From assembly GCA_051746405.1 (NCBI GenBank), contig JBNJFB010000007.1, forward strand, positions 1-64,000: a stretch of 64,000 nt of DNA. The letters run 5' to 3'. A program made the translations under genes and the position numbers. Shown here in pieces: positions 8,475 through 17,939 of this stretch. Origin of the DNA: Campylobacterota bacterium. Lineage in GTDB: Bacteria; Campylobacterota; Campylobacteria; Campylobacterales; Arcobacteraceae. The notes under the pieces are model-generated. The model was not told where the DNA came from. It made no database searches and was given only the letters and a program-made list of their open reading frames with translations. Position 1 is the stretch's first letter. Every line of letters begins with the position of its first letter.

Positions 8475-9428
8475 TTATAATATGGCGTTAAATAAATAGC
8501 CTGTTAGAAGTATTCCAAATCCAACTATTCCAAAAAATATTCCTATAAGCTTAACACTTAAAACTCTTTTTAAAATCATAGCTTCTGGCAAACTTAATGC
8601 AACAACAGCCATCATAAATGATAGTGCCGTTCCAAGTAACATACCTTTTTGTGTTAAAACCTCAACAAGAGGTAAAATGCCAGCTGCATTACTATACATA
8701 GGAATCCCCATAAGTACACCAACTATTGGTGCATACCAAGCATCACCACCTGCATATTTTGTAATAAAATCAGCGGGAACATACCCATGTATAAACGCAC
8801 CAATTCCAACCCCTATAATAACATATAGATAGATTTTTTTAAATATATCAGATGTATACTCCCAAGACTCTTTAAGTCTACTAGAAAATAGTACTTTTTG
8901 CTCCTCATACTCCATATTCATAGGTTTTACATCTATTAAAACCTCTTTTTCTAACTTCATAGCTGCTATAACTAACCCAGCAACAATAGCTATAAGTAGT
9001 CCTATTCCCACATAAAGCAAAGCAATTTTCCAACCAAATAGTGAAAATAGTAAAGCAATTACAACAGCATCACTAAGTGGTGCTGAAATCAGATATGAAA
9101 AGGTTACTCCTAAAGGAATTCTAGCTTGTAAAAACCCCAAAAATAGTGGAATTGCACTACATGAACAAAAAGGAGTAATTACTCCAAATATTGCAGCTAA
9201 AACATGTCCAACTAATCTATTTTTTCCACTTAAATAATCCCTTGCTTTTTCTACAGGAAAATAGCTTCTCAATAGAGTTACCACATAAATAATAGTAATT
9301 AAAAGTATAAAAATCTTTATAGTATCGTAAATAAAAAAGTGTACAGCTTCACCTAAGTGACTATCTTTTTGCAAACCTAAAATATCAAATACAAATATAG
9401 CACTTAAATTCACTAGCCAATCAAACAT
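8475..9428 (-). CDS. arsP: ArsP/DUF318-family permease (organoarsenical efflux)
   Basis: TPFCSCSAIP, GIPMYSNA, ALSLPE motifs; ars context. Confidence 0.85.
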   Translation of the reverse strand: MFDWLVNLSAIFVFDILGLQKDSHLGEAVHFFIYDTIKIFILLITIIYVVTLLRSYFPVEKARDYLSGKNRLVGHVLAAIFGVITPFCSCSAIPLFLGFLQARIPLGVTFSYLISAPLSDAVVIALLFSLFGWKIALLYVGIGLLIAIVAGLVIAAMKLEKEVLIDVKPMNMEYEEQKVLFSSRLKESWEYTSDIFKKIYLYVIIGVGIGAFIHGYVPADFITKYAGGDAWYAPIVGVLMGIPMYSNAAGILPLVEVLTQKGMLLGTALSFMMAVVALSLPEAMILKRVLSVKLIGIFFGIVGFGILLTGYLFNAIL

Positions 9429-9441
9429 ATAATCTCCTAAT

Positions 9442-11172
9442 CTAATCTTTCACCCATGGCTTAATTAATGTCTTAGGGCTTAAACTCTCTTTTACCTCAT
9501 TTATATACTTCAGTTCATTTAACGCTTTTTGACAAAGTAGATTATTTGAACTATTTGTTAATGCAAAACTTCTATTCACAACCCATGCATAGGGTTTAAT
9601 TCCAGCTCTTTTTAAATCCTCTTGTAAATCTTTTGCTTCATGGGTTGGGGTTGCTTCAGGAAGTGTTACTAATAAGATTTTTGTGTATTTTTCATCTTTT
9701 ACTAAAGGCATTAACTCCAAAAGTTCATCTTCTAATGCACCACTACTATTTTTCAAAACTTCTTTATGATAAGCTTGTGAAGCATCAAGTAGTAGCAAGG
9801 TATGACCTGTGGGAGCTGTATCTAGTACTACAAAAGCATCTTTTGCTTTTGCTACAGTTTTTGCAAAAGCTTTAAACACAGCTATCTCTTCAATACAAGG
9901 TGTACTTAACTCCTCTTTTAAAAGTGCCATATCTTCATCTGAAATTTTACCTTCATTTTGTGCAATAACTTCATTTATATGATTTTGCGTCTCAATTTTA
10001 GGATCAATTTTCTCAATTGTAAGATTTTCATCTGTTTTTGCTATATACTCTAAATGTGAAGCTGGGTCAGTTGTGGATAAAATCACGTTATTACCTTTTT
10101 GGGCTAAGTCTAAGGCAATGTTTGAAGCAATAGTTGTTTTTCCAACTCCACCTTTTCCCATAGTCATAATAAGTCCATTACTATCTTTTTGGAAATCATC
10201 TATTAAACTATCCCAAGAGTATGTATCTTTTAAAATATCTTTTAATGCATCTTCTAATTTTTGCTTTGCATTTTCAAGCTCTTTTGGATTTTTATTATTA
10301 ATGATACTTTCTAATGCTTCAAGCCCAACTGCACCATTTGGATAGAAACCAATTTTTGTCTTAGGTAAAGCATCTATTGTTTTATCAATATCTTTTAAAG
10401 CTTTATTTGAAATCTCTTCAAAACTCTTAGCAATACTATCTTTATCATCTGTCTTAAAAACTCCATTAATAATCAAATGTTGATTTAAGATACCTTGTGT
10501 TCCCAACTCCTTTGAAGCTTTTGAAGCTTCAATCAAAGATAACTCCTCTGCACGTGATACCAAAATCAAAAGAGTTTTAGCACTATTTTTTAGGTTTTCA
10601 ACCACACTTTCATATAGCTTTTTATTTTCACTAAGTTCAGAAACAGCACCTAAGCATGAACTTCCTGTAGTGTTATCTTCTATAAAACTATTCCAAGCAC
10701 TTGGAAGTTTTAAAAGTCTTAGGGTATGACCAGTTGGAGCTGTATCTAGTACAATATGGTCATAATTTTTTGAAATATCCTCATCACCCACATACTTTGA
10801 AAACTCATTAAATCCTGCTATTTCAACAGTACAAGCTCCACTTAACTGCTCTTCCATTTGCTCAATGGCAGCTTGTGGTAAAACTCCCCTTAAAGGAGCT
10901 GTCATTTTCTCTTTATACTCATATGCAGCAACTACAGGGTTTATATTCATTGCTTCTAGGTTTTTTACACCATCTACTTTTGTAGGTGTACTTTGAAGTT
11001 TTGTCTGCAATACTTCATCTAAATTTGAAGCAGGATCTGTTGAAATAAGCAGAACTTTTTTACCCTCTTTTGCTAAAGCAAGAGAAATAGCACAAGACAT
11101 AGAGGTCTTACCAACTCCACCTTTGCCTGTAAAAAAAAGAAATTTCGGTATTTTTTTGATTAAATTTTTCAT
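9442..11172 (-). CDS. arsA: Arsenical pump-driving ATPase
   Basis: Two GKGGVGKT P-loops, two DTAPTGHT, Cys in GACT/SSCLG/TPCIEE; likely start ATG 11172, just after the arsD stop. Confidence 0.95.
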   Translation of the reverse strand: MKNLIKKIPKFLFFTGKGGVGKTSMSCAISLALAKEGKKVLLISTDPASNLDEVLQTKLQSTPTKVDGVKNLEAMNINPVVAAYEYKEKMTAPLRGVLPQAAIEQMEEQLSGACTVEIAGFNEFSKYVGDEDISKNYDHIVLDTAPTGHTLRLLKLPSAWNSFIEDNTTGSSCLGAVSELSENKKLYESVVENLKNSAKTLLILVSRAEELSLIEASKASKELGTQGILNQHLIINGVFKTDDKDSIAKSFEEISNKALKDIDKTIDALPKTKIGFYPNGAVGLEALESIINNKNPKELENAKQKLEDALKDILKDTYSWDSLIDDFQKDSNGLIMTMGKGGVGKTTIASNIALDLAQKGNNVILSTTDPASHLEYIAKTDENLTIEKIDPKIETQNHINEVIAQNEGKISDEDMALLKEELSTPCIEEIAVFKAFAKTVAKAKDAFVVLDTAPTGHTLLLLDASQAYHKEVLKNSSGALEDELLELMPLVKDEKYTKILLVTLPEATPTHEAKDLQEDLKRAGIKPYAWVVNRSFALTNSSNNLLCQKALNELKYINEVKESLSPKTLIKPWVKD

Positions 11173-11173
11173 A

Positions 11174-11497
11174 CTAAAACTTTGCCACAAATGAGCCTAA
11201 TCCCATTTTTGAGCTAAGCTCTGGCACACTTGGGTACTCACCTTTAAACAGTAGTTCATCATCTAAAAAAAATAGTGGCAAAGACTCAACTCCTTGCTCA
11301 TTTAAAATCTTTGCGACTTCACTGTTTGTCACATACTCTTGGGGATGGGTACTTAATCCAAATCTTTGCACTTCAAACTTATTTTTATCTAAAGAGTTTA
11401 AAAAGTTTGAAAGTTGTACAAGTTTTGTATCTACACTTGTACCACAAACACCTGTTGGACAACACATCGCTGGGTCATATATTTTTAAAGTTTTCAT
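11174..11497 (-). CDS. arsD: Arsenite metallochaperone
   Basis: IYDPAMCCPTGVCG signature. Confidence 0.95.
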   Translation of the reverse strand: MKTLKIYDPAMCCPTGVCGTSVDTKLVQLSNFLNSLDKNKFEVQRFGLSTHPQEYVTNSEVAKILNEQGVESLPLFFLDDELLFKGEYPSVPELSSKMGLGSFVAKF

Positions 11498-11898
11498 TAC
11501 TTTAAAGCCTCAACTACTTTAGGAAGTAAAACCTCTTCAATCTCTTTATAAGTCTTTTCAAATGCACTAAAATCTTTTCCATCTGGGTCTTCAAACCCCA
11601 CATGTATAACTTTCACAGCTTTTGGGAACATAGGACAAGTCTCATTTGCATTATCACAAACTGTTACTACTAAATCATACTCATTATCTATTACAGTATC
11701 AATTGTTTTAGAGTGATACTTACTTTGCCAAATCTCTTTTTGTTCAAGTAGTTTTTTAGCATTTGGATTTACTCTTCCACTAGCTTTTACTCCACTAGAA
11801 TCAGCACTTATTCCATCACACTTAGCATTTATTAAAGCCTCTGCTATAATACTTCTACAACTATTTCCTGTACATAAAATTAAAACTTTTTTATTCAT
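11497..11898 (-). CDS. arsC: Thioredoxin-coupled arsenate reductase (LMW-PTP fold)
   Basis: CTGNSCRS, VCDNANETCP, FEDP. Confidence 0.92.
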   Translation of the reverse strand: MNKKVLILCTGNSCRSIIAEALINAKCDGISADSSGVKASGRVNPNAKKLLEQKEIWQSKYHSKTIDTVIDNEYDLVVTVCDNANETCPMFPKAVKVIHVGFEDPDGKDFSAFEKTYKEIEEVLLPKVVEALK

Positions 11899-11908
11899 CT
11901 TTTTTCCT

Positions 11909-13162
11909 TTATATTAATGTAAGCAGTACTATTAATAGTACCGGTGGTGTTATTATCATTCCAAATTTACTGTATTGTGCAAAAGAGATATTTACACCTT
12001 TTTTTGCTAATACATGTAACCATAATAGCGTAGCTAAACTACCAAATGGTGTCATTTTTGGTCCTAAGTTACATCCAACTATATTTGCATAAATCATCGC
12101 TTGACTACCGACATCTTCTAAAGCTATATCCATAATCATAATTGTTGGCATATTGTTCATAATAGCACTTAAAAATGCTGCAATAAAACCTGTACTTATA
12201 ACAGCAATTGCATCACCTTGAGTTGCTAAATCTTTTAAGATTATTGTTAGATAATCAGTTAAACCTGCATTTTTAAGTCCATAAACAACTATATAAAGTC
12301 CAATACTAAACCATACAATTTGCCAAGGTGCCTCTTTTATAATTGTTTTTGGTTCAACTGCTTTTGATGCACTTGCAATTATTAAGAAAATTATACCTCC
12401 ACCTAAAGCAAATAGACTAACAGGTAATCCATAAATATCTCCAATAAAATAACCAATAAGTAAAACTGCTAAAAACACCCATGAAAAGTAAAATAGTTTC
12501 ATATTTTTAATAGCACTTTTTGGCTCTTTTAAAAGTGATATATCAACAGTTTTTGGAATATCTTTTCTTAAGATTAACCATAAGAAAAATATAGATGCTA
12601 TTACACTTACAACATAAGGAATAAACATATCAAAGAAATATTGAGCAAAACCTATATTAAAGTAATTGGCTGTAACTATATTTGTAAGATTTGAGAACAC
12701 AAAAGGTAAAGATGCACTATCACTTATAAATCCACCTGCAAGTAAAAATGCAATAATAGTTTTTAAATTAAGCTTTAAAATTCTCATTTTTGCAAGTAAA
12801 ATAGGAGTTAATATAAGTGCTGCTCCATCATTTGCAAAAAGTGCTGAAACAAAAGCACCTAATAAAATAGAGTAAACAAACATTTTTAAACCATTTCCAT
12901 TTGAAAATCTTGCCATTTTAAGTGCAGCCCACTCAAAGAAACCAATTTCGTCAAGAACCAATGAAAGAATAATAATACCTATAAATGCTAAGGTAGCATC
13001 CCATACAATACCTGTAACAATTTGAACATCACTAAAGCTAACTACACCTAAAAGTAAAGCAACTATTGCACCAATAACTGCTGTTGTTCCTATTTGTAAA
13101 CCCTTTGGTTGCCAAATAACAAATATTAATGTTATTAGAAAAATTCCACTTGCTAATATCAT
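11909..13162 (-). CDS. arsB: Arsenite efflux membrane protein
   Basis: VIWQPKGL, ALFANDGAALILTP, SNLTNIV, MNNMPT, GCNLGPKMTPFGSLATLLW; ATGA overlap with arsR. Confidence 0.95.
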   Translation of the reverse strand: MILASGIFLITLIFVIWQPKGLQIGTTAVIGAIVALLLGVVSFSDVQIVTGIVWDATLAFIGIIILSLVLDEIGFFEWAALKMARFSNGNGLKMFVYSILLGAFVSALFANDGAALILTPILLAKMRILKLNLKTIIAFLLAGGFISDSASLPFVFSNLTNIVTANYFNIGFAQYFFDMFIPYVVSVIASIFFLWLILRKDIPKTVDISLLKEPKSAIKNMKLFYFSWVFLAVLLIGYFIGDIYGLPVSLFALGGGIIFLIIASASKAVEPKTIIKEAPWQIVWFSIGLYIVVYGLKNAGLTDYLTIILKDLATQGDAIAVISTGFIAAFLSAIMNNMPTIMIMDIALEDVGSQAMIYANIVGCNLGPKMTPFGSLATLLWLHVLAKKGVNISFAQYSKFGMIITPPVLLIVLLTLI

Positions 13163-13467
13163 TTTGCACACCCTTTTTTTAATTTAGGAATATCTAATTG
13201 CAAACAATTAATCTCTTTTAGAATTGATTGTCTAAACTCATCTAATGGATTTCTAATGCAATAGTAAGCCCATCTACCTCTTCTTTCAAGTTTTAAAAAT
13301 CCTGCTTCTTTAAGTATTTTAAGATGTCTTGAAACTCTTGATTGAATCATGTCAAAGGAGTTTTCAATATCACAAACACAAACTTCACCATTTACATCCA
13401 CAAAGTTAAGCATCTTGATTCTTGTTTCATCATTAATAGAACTAACTGTTTTTAAAAATATATCCAT
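13159..13467 (-). CDS. arsR: ArsR/SmtB metalloregulatory repressor
   Basis: EVCVCDI box, QSRVSRHLKILKEAG HTH. Confidence 0.93.
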   Translation of the reverse strand: MDIFLKTVSSINDETRIKMLNFVDVNGEVCVCDIENSFDMIQSRVSRHLKILKEAGFLKLERRGRWAYYCIRNPLDEFRQSILKEINCLQLDIPKLKKGCAK

Positions 13468-13488
13468 AATTTTCTCCTGAATTTTGAA

Positions 13489-13532
13489 ATTATAGCAAAA
13501 TTAGTTTTATATATCAAGATATCTTGATATAT
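13489..13532 (-). promoter_or_regulatory. ars promoter with probable ArsR operator
   Basis: Extended -10 TGcTATAAT (13497->13489); perfect 24-bp palindrome ATATATCAAGATATCTTGATATAT (13509-13532). Confidence 0.8.
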
Positions 13533-13571
13533 TTATTACAAAATAGTTACTAAAGAAGTATGAATTTTTTT

Positions 13572-14540
13572 CTATAGGGGTAAGTAGATTTTGTCTATTA
13601 GCTCTTGATACTCATCTTTAGCAAGTGAGTCACAGGTGATACCTCCACCACTTTTATAATATTTTTGTTTATTTTCTTCTTCTATAAACCTTATCATTAC
13701 ACTACTGTCTAAACTTTTACCATCAAATATACCAAAAATACCCGTGTAGTAATCTCTTTTATAGTTTTCAGTTTTTTCTAAGATATCTATGGTACTTTTT
13801 TTAGGAGTTCCTGTAATTGAACCAGCTGGCAACATTGTAACTAATATATTTCCTATTTTTTCATGCCAATTGGCTTGTAGTTGACCTGTTATTTTAGAAC
13901 TAACCTGTAAAAGTTTTTTATCACCTGCATTTATTTTATCTATATATCTAAACTTCTCTACTTTTACATCTTTTGAAATCATTGATAAATCATTTCTTAA
14001 TAAATCAACAACCATGGTATGCTCAGCCATCTCTTTTTCATTTGCTAAGATATTTTTTTGTGCATTATTTATATTTGCATCAATTGTTCCTTTCATAGGA
14101 TAGGTACAGATTGTATTATTGTCTATTTTTACAAATCTTTCAGGGGAGAAGCAAACAAAATTATCATTTTCATTTTTATATCTAAGCTTAAATTTTGCAT
14201 CAACTTTATCATAAATCTTATCTAAACTTAAAGATGTACTAATTTTCGTTTTTGAAGTGAGATTTAAAAGGTAGCTATTTCCTTTTTTTATCTCATCTTG
14301 GAGTTTATTAAACTTTTTTTCATACTCATTAAAAGATATTGGGAGTTTTATTAGGGACATTTTTTGTGAAGTTTTAGTAAATGTTTTTTTATCAAACTCA
14401 TACTTAATATTTTTTGGAATATTACTTATTTTTTCAATATAAAATTTTGAAAAATCATAAGAGATAATAAATAAAAAAGGCTCTTTTTCTTTGCCAAATT
14501 TATTTAATCTCTGCTTTATAAGCTTCTTGTTTTTAATCAA
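13572..14540 (-). CDS. pabB: Aminodeoxychorismate synthase component I (short type)
   Basis: FSPERF, PMKGT, EHTMVVDLLRNDL, PAGSITGTPK, KSGGGIT. Confidence 0.9.
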   Translation of the reverse strand: MIKNKKLIKQRLNKFGKEKEPFLFIISYDFSKFYIEKISNIPKNIKYEFDKKTFTKTSQKMSLIKLPISFNEYEKKFNKLQDEIKKGNSYLLNLTSKTKISTSLSLDKIYDKVDAKFKLRYKNENDNFVCFSPERFVKIDNNTICTYPMKGTIDANINNAQKNILANEKEMAEHTMVVDLLRNDLSMISKDVKVEKFRYIDKINAGDKKLLQVSSKITGQLQANWHEKIGNILVTMLPAGSITGTPKKSTIDILEKTENYKRDYYTGIFGIFDGKSLDSSVMIRFIEEENKQKYYKSGGGITCDSLAKDEYQELIDKIYLPL

Positions 14541-14546
14541 ATTACT

Positions 14547-15422
14547 CTATTTTGTCAGTTTTTTTAATACAGCCATTCTTATAGCAACACCATTTGTAAC
14601 TTGCTCTAAGATTTTATTTCTTGAGTCTTTTAACATCTCATCTGAAATATCAACATTTCTATTAACAGGACCTGGGTGTAGAAGTAAGATATCCCTATCT
14701 TGCATCAATTCTTTTGTAATACAGTAATCCTTAGCATACTCATTTAATGACTCAAAGAAGACTTCATTGTGTCTTTCAAGTTGTGTTCTTAAACTCATAA
14801 TAATATCAAGCTCATCAATAACATCATGAATACTTGAATAGGTAACAAAATCATTTCCCTCATACGCAAAACATTTAGGTGATACAAAACATACATCTAA
14901 GCCAAACTTTGGAAGAAGTCTTCTATTTGAACCTGCAACCCGTGATGTTCTAACATCCCCTACTATTGCTACTTTTTTACCATCAGTTTCGCCCTTAAAA
15001 TGCTCATAAATTGTAAACATATCAAGTAAAGCTTGTGTTGGGTGGGCATGAACTCCATCACCTGCATTTATAATAGGACAATCAACAATTTTAGCTAAAG
15101 ACTCTGGAAGTCCACACTCTGAATGTCTTATGATAAGTGCATCTGGGCACATTGCATTTATATTTGCAACTGTATCAAAAATAGTTTCACCTTTTGATGT
15201 TGAAGAGGTACCCACATCAAGTGATACAACCTCAGCTCCAAGCCTTTTAGCTGCTATTTCAAAAGAGCTTCTTGTTCTTGTTGAATTTTCAAAAAAAAGT
15301 GTTACTATTACCTTACCTTTTAAAGTCTCATTTGGTTCAAACTTTAAAAACTCTCTTGCATCATCAAATAGTTTTATTATTTCATCTTTAGAAAAGTCAG
15401 AAGTTCTTATTAAGTGCTGCAT
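14547..15422 (-). CDS. pyrB: Aspartate carbamoyltransferase catalytic subunit
   Basis: FFENSTRT, HPTQALLD, HPGP. Confidence 0.96.
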   Translation of the reverse strand: MQHLIRTSDFSKDEIIKLFDDAREFLKFEPNETLKGKVIVTLFFENSTRTRSSFEIAAKRLGAEVVSLDVGTSSTSKGETIFDTVANINAMCPDALIIRHSECGLPESLAKIVDCPIINAGDGVHAHPTQALLDMFTIYEHFKGETDGKKVAIVGDVRTSRVAGSNRRLLPKFGLDVCFVSPKCFAYEGNDFVTYSSIHDVIDELDIIMSLRTQLERHNEVFFESLNEYAKDYCITKELMQDRDILLLHPGPVNRNVDISDEMLKDSRNKILEQVTNGVAIRMAVLKKLTK

Positions 15423-15559
15423 TTTTCACCTTTGATTTTAGTTTGTGATTTTAGCAAAATTGAGTTTAAAAGAAACAAATACAAACCTATCTTGTTAATA
15501 TCAAGTTTAAAAATTTTAGATATAATATTGCAAATATAAAAGAATTTTAGGATATAAAG

Positions 15560-16744
15560 ATGTTAGAACAGCTAGATAAAGAGTATGTATTACAAACTTA
15601 TGCAAGAAACTATGTAAACTTCAAAAAAGGTATAAACTCAACCCTTTATGATGAAAATGATAAAGACTATATAGACTTTACATCAGGTATTGGAGTAGTT
15701 TGTGTAGGTCATGGAAACAAACAGTTAGCAGATGCTATTAGTACACAAGCTTCAAAGTTGATTCATACTTCAAACCTTTATGCAATACAGCCCCAAGCAA
15801 AACTTGCAAAAAAGATTGCCCAACATGCAAATATGGATATTAAGAGTTTTTTTTGTAACTCAGGAGCTGAAGCAAATGAAGCTGCTATTAAACTTGCTAG
15901 GAAGTATGGAAAAATAAACTTTGAAAATAAAAAGTACAAAATAATCACACTTGAGCACTCTTTTCATGGAAGAACTATCACAACAGTAAAAGCAACAGGT
16001 CAAGGCTCAATGCATAGCCCTAACTTTGAACCATACCCTGATGGTTTTTCATATCATAATCAAATTGATGATATATATAACTCAATTGATGATGAGACAG
16101 TTGCTGTTATGATTGAGTTAGTTCAAGGTGAAGGTGGAGTTCAACCTTTTGAAAAGAGTGATATTCAAGAGTTAGCAACTTTCTTAAAAAAACATGATAT
16201 TTTACTTATTATTGATGAAGTTCAAACAGGTGTATATAGAACAGGTGAATTTTTAGCCTCAAACCTTTATGAGATTGAGCCTGATATCATAACCTTAGCA
16301 AAAGGTTTAGGTGGTGGTGTTCCAATAGGTGCTGTTTTAACTAAACACAAAAACCTTTTTGAAGTTGGTGACCATGGCTCAACTTTTGGTGGTAACTTTC
16401 TTAGTTGTAGTGCTGCTTTAAAAGTGCTTGATATTTTAGAAGATTATAAAGAAAAAGGCTTTTTAGATGAGACTATAATCTACTTTCAAAAAATGATAAA
16501 TGAACTTTTTGAAAATCATAAAGATATATTTACCCATACAGTTGGATTAGGACTAATGAGAGGACTTAGAGTAAAAGATAGCGATACTTTAACAGCTATT
16601 ATAAAAGAGGCTTTTGATAATCAAGTTTTAGTACTAAAAGCTGGAAGAAATACTTTAAGAATGTTACCTATATTAACTGTTTCAAAAGATGAAATAAATA
16701 AGGGATTTAAAAGGTTAGATAATGCACTTTCTAAAATCAAATAG
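15560..16744 (+). CDS. argD: Acetylornithine aminotransferase
   Basis: NSGAEANE, SFHGRT, DEVQTG, AKGLGGG, HGSTFGGN. Confidence 0.9.
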   Translation: MLEQLDKEYVLQTYARNYVNFKKGINSTLYDENDKDYIDFTSGIGVVCVGHGNKQLADAISTQASKLIHTSNLYAIQPQAKLAKKIAQHANMDIKSFFCNSGAEANEAAIKLARKYGKINFENKKYKIITLEHSFHGRTITTVKATGQGSMHSPNFEPYPDGFSYHNQIDDIYNSIDDETVAVMIELVQGEGGVQPFEKSDIQELATFLKKHDILLIIDEVQTGVYRTGEFLASNLYEIEPDIITLAKGLGGGVPIGAVLTKHKNLFEVGDHGSTFGGNFLSCSAALKVLDILEDYKEKGFLDETIIYFQKMINELFENHKDIFTHTVGLGLMRGLRVKDSDTLTAIIKEAFDNQVLVLKAGRNTLRMLPILTVSKDEINKGFKRLDNALSKIK

Positions 16745-17915
16745 ATTTTTAACACTACTTTTACTTAGTACAGGTTTTCTATACGCACAAGATTACTCAA
16801 CCTTAGAAGAGAGTATCTTATCTGAAAATAGAGAAAAAAGCTTTCAATATGAGCAAGATAAAGCAAGGCAAGATAGCTCAAAACTTGAAAAAGATTGGAT
16901 TAATCCTGTTACTTTACAGTACCAAAAAAATCTAGGTGAAACCTACCAAGGTGAAACCTCTAGCATATCAGTTAATCAACCTATTTTTAAAAGTGGTGGG
17001 ATTTATGAAGCAATTAAATATGCAAATGCAACACATACTTACTCAAAACTAGAAATAAAAAGTCAAAGAAAAGAGCTAATAAAACAAGCGATTAGTTACC
17101 TTTTTAATATTGAAAAGCTAAACCTTAATATAAAAAAAGCACAATACTCAGTAAAAAATGCACAAATAGATGTGAAAAGAAAAAGAGAGCAAGTATTAAA
17201 TGGCTTTTTAGATGGTTCATTTTTGGATGAAGCTTTACTAAAACTAAATGAGTCAAAACATAATTTAGTTGATTTAAAGTATCAAAAACAAGAGCTTATA
17301 AATAGTTTTCATAATATCTCTTCAAAACACTATAGTAAATTTGAATTACCAACATTTACTATTTTGTCAAAAAAAGATTTTTTAAACAAAAATATAAATT
17401 TACAAAAAGCTAATAAAAATATTAAAAAAGAGCGTCATTTAAAAAATATGACTATTTCAAACTATCTACCAACTATAAACTTCTACTATAACTACTCTAA
17501 AACGCACTTTACAGATGGAAATCCAAAAGCTGCCCAAACAAATTCACAAACATATGGATTATCTGTAAGTATCCCTTTAGATATAAAAATGCTAAATACA
17601 ATTGAGAGTCAAAAAATAAGCTATCTAAAAACAAAGCTTGACTTAAAAAATAAAAAAGATGATGAGATTAGCTTTTATAAAACAAAATTAGCTAGAATTG
17701 ATAGTTTAAATCAAAGAATAAAGATTAGCTATGATGATATAAAACTTTACGATGATATTTTAAGTATAGTAAAAGAAGAGACAAAAGCAGAGCTAAAAAC
17801 ACAGAGTGACTATAACACATTAGCTAACTCAAGAAAAATCACTGCGTTGGATTTGCAACTATACAAACTTGATAAACAAATAATATTATTAGATTTATAT
17901 TCAAAGTTGAACTAA
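16722..17915 (+). CDS. TolC-family outer membrane protein
   Basis: Signal peptide; QPIFKSGG, YLPTIN, GLSVSIPLD repeats. Confidence 0.75.
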   Translation: MHFLKSNRFLTLLLLSTGFLYAQDYSTLEESILSENREKSFQYEQDKARQDSSKLEKDWINPVTLQYQKNLGETYQGETSSISVNQPIFKSGGIYEAIKYANATHTYSKLEIKSQRKELIKQAISYLFNIEKLNLNIKKAQYSVKNAQIDVKRKREQVLNGFLDGSFLDEALLKLNESKHNLVDLKYQKQELINSFHNISSKHYSKFELPTFTILSKKDFLNKNINLQKANKNIKKERHLKNMTISNYLPTINFYYNYSKTHFTDGNPKAAQTNSQTYGLSVSIPLDIKMLNTIESQKISYLKTKLDLKNKKDDEISFYKTKLARIDSLNQRIKISYDDIKLYDDILSIVKEETKAELKTQSDYNTLANSRKITALDLQLYKLDKQIILLDLYSKLN

Positions 17916-17939
17916 TATAAAATTTTTAAAGGAAGTGAA

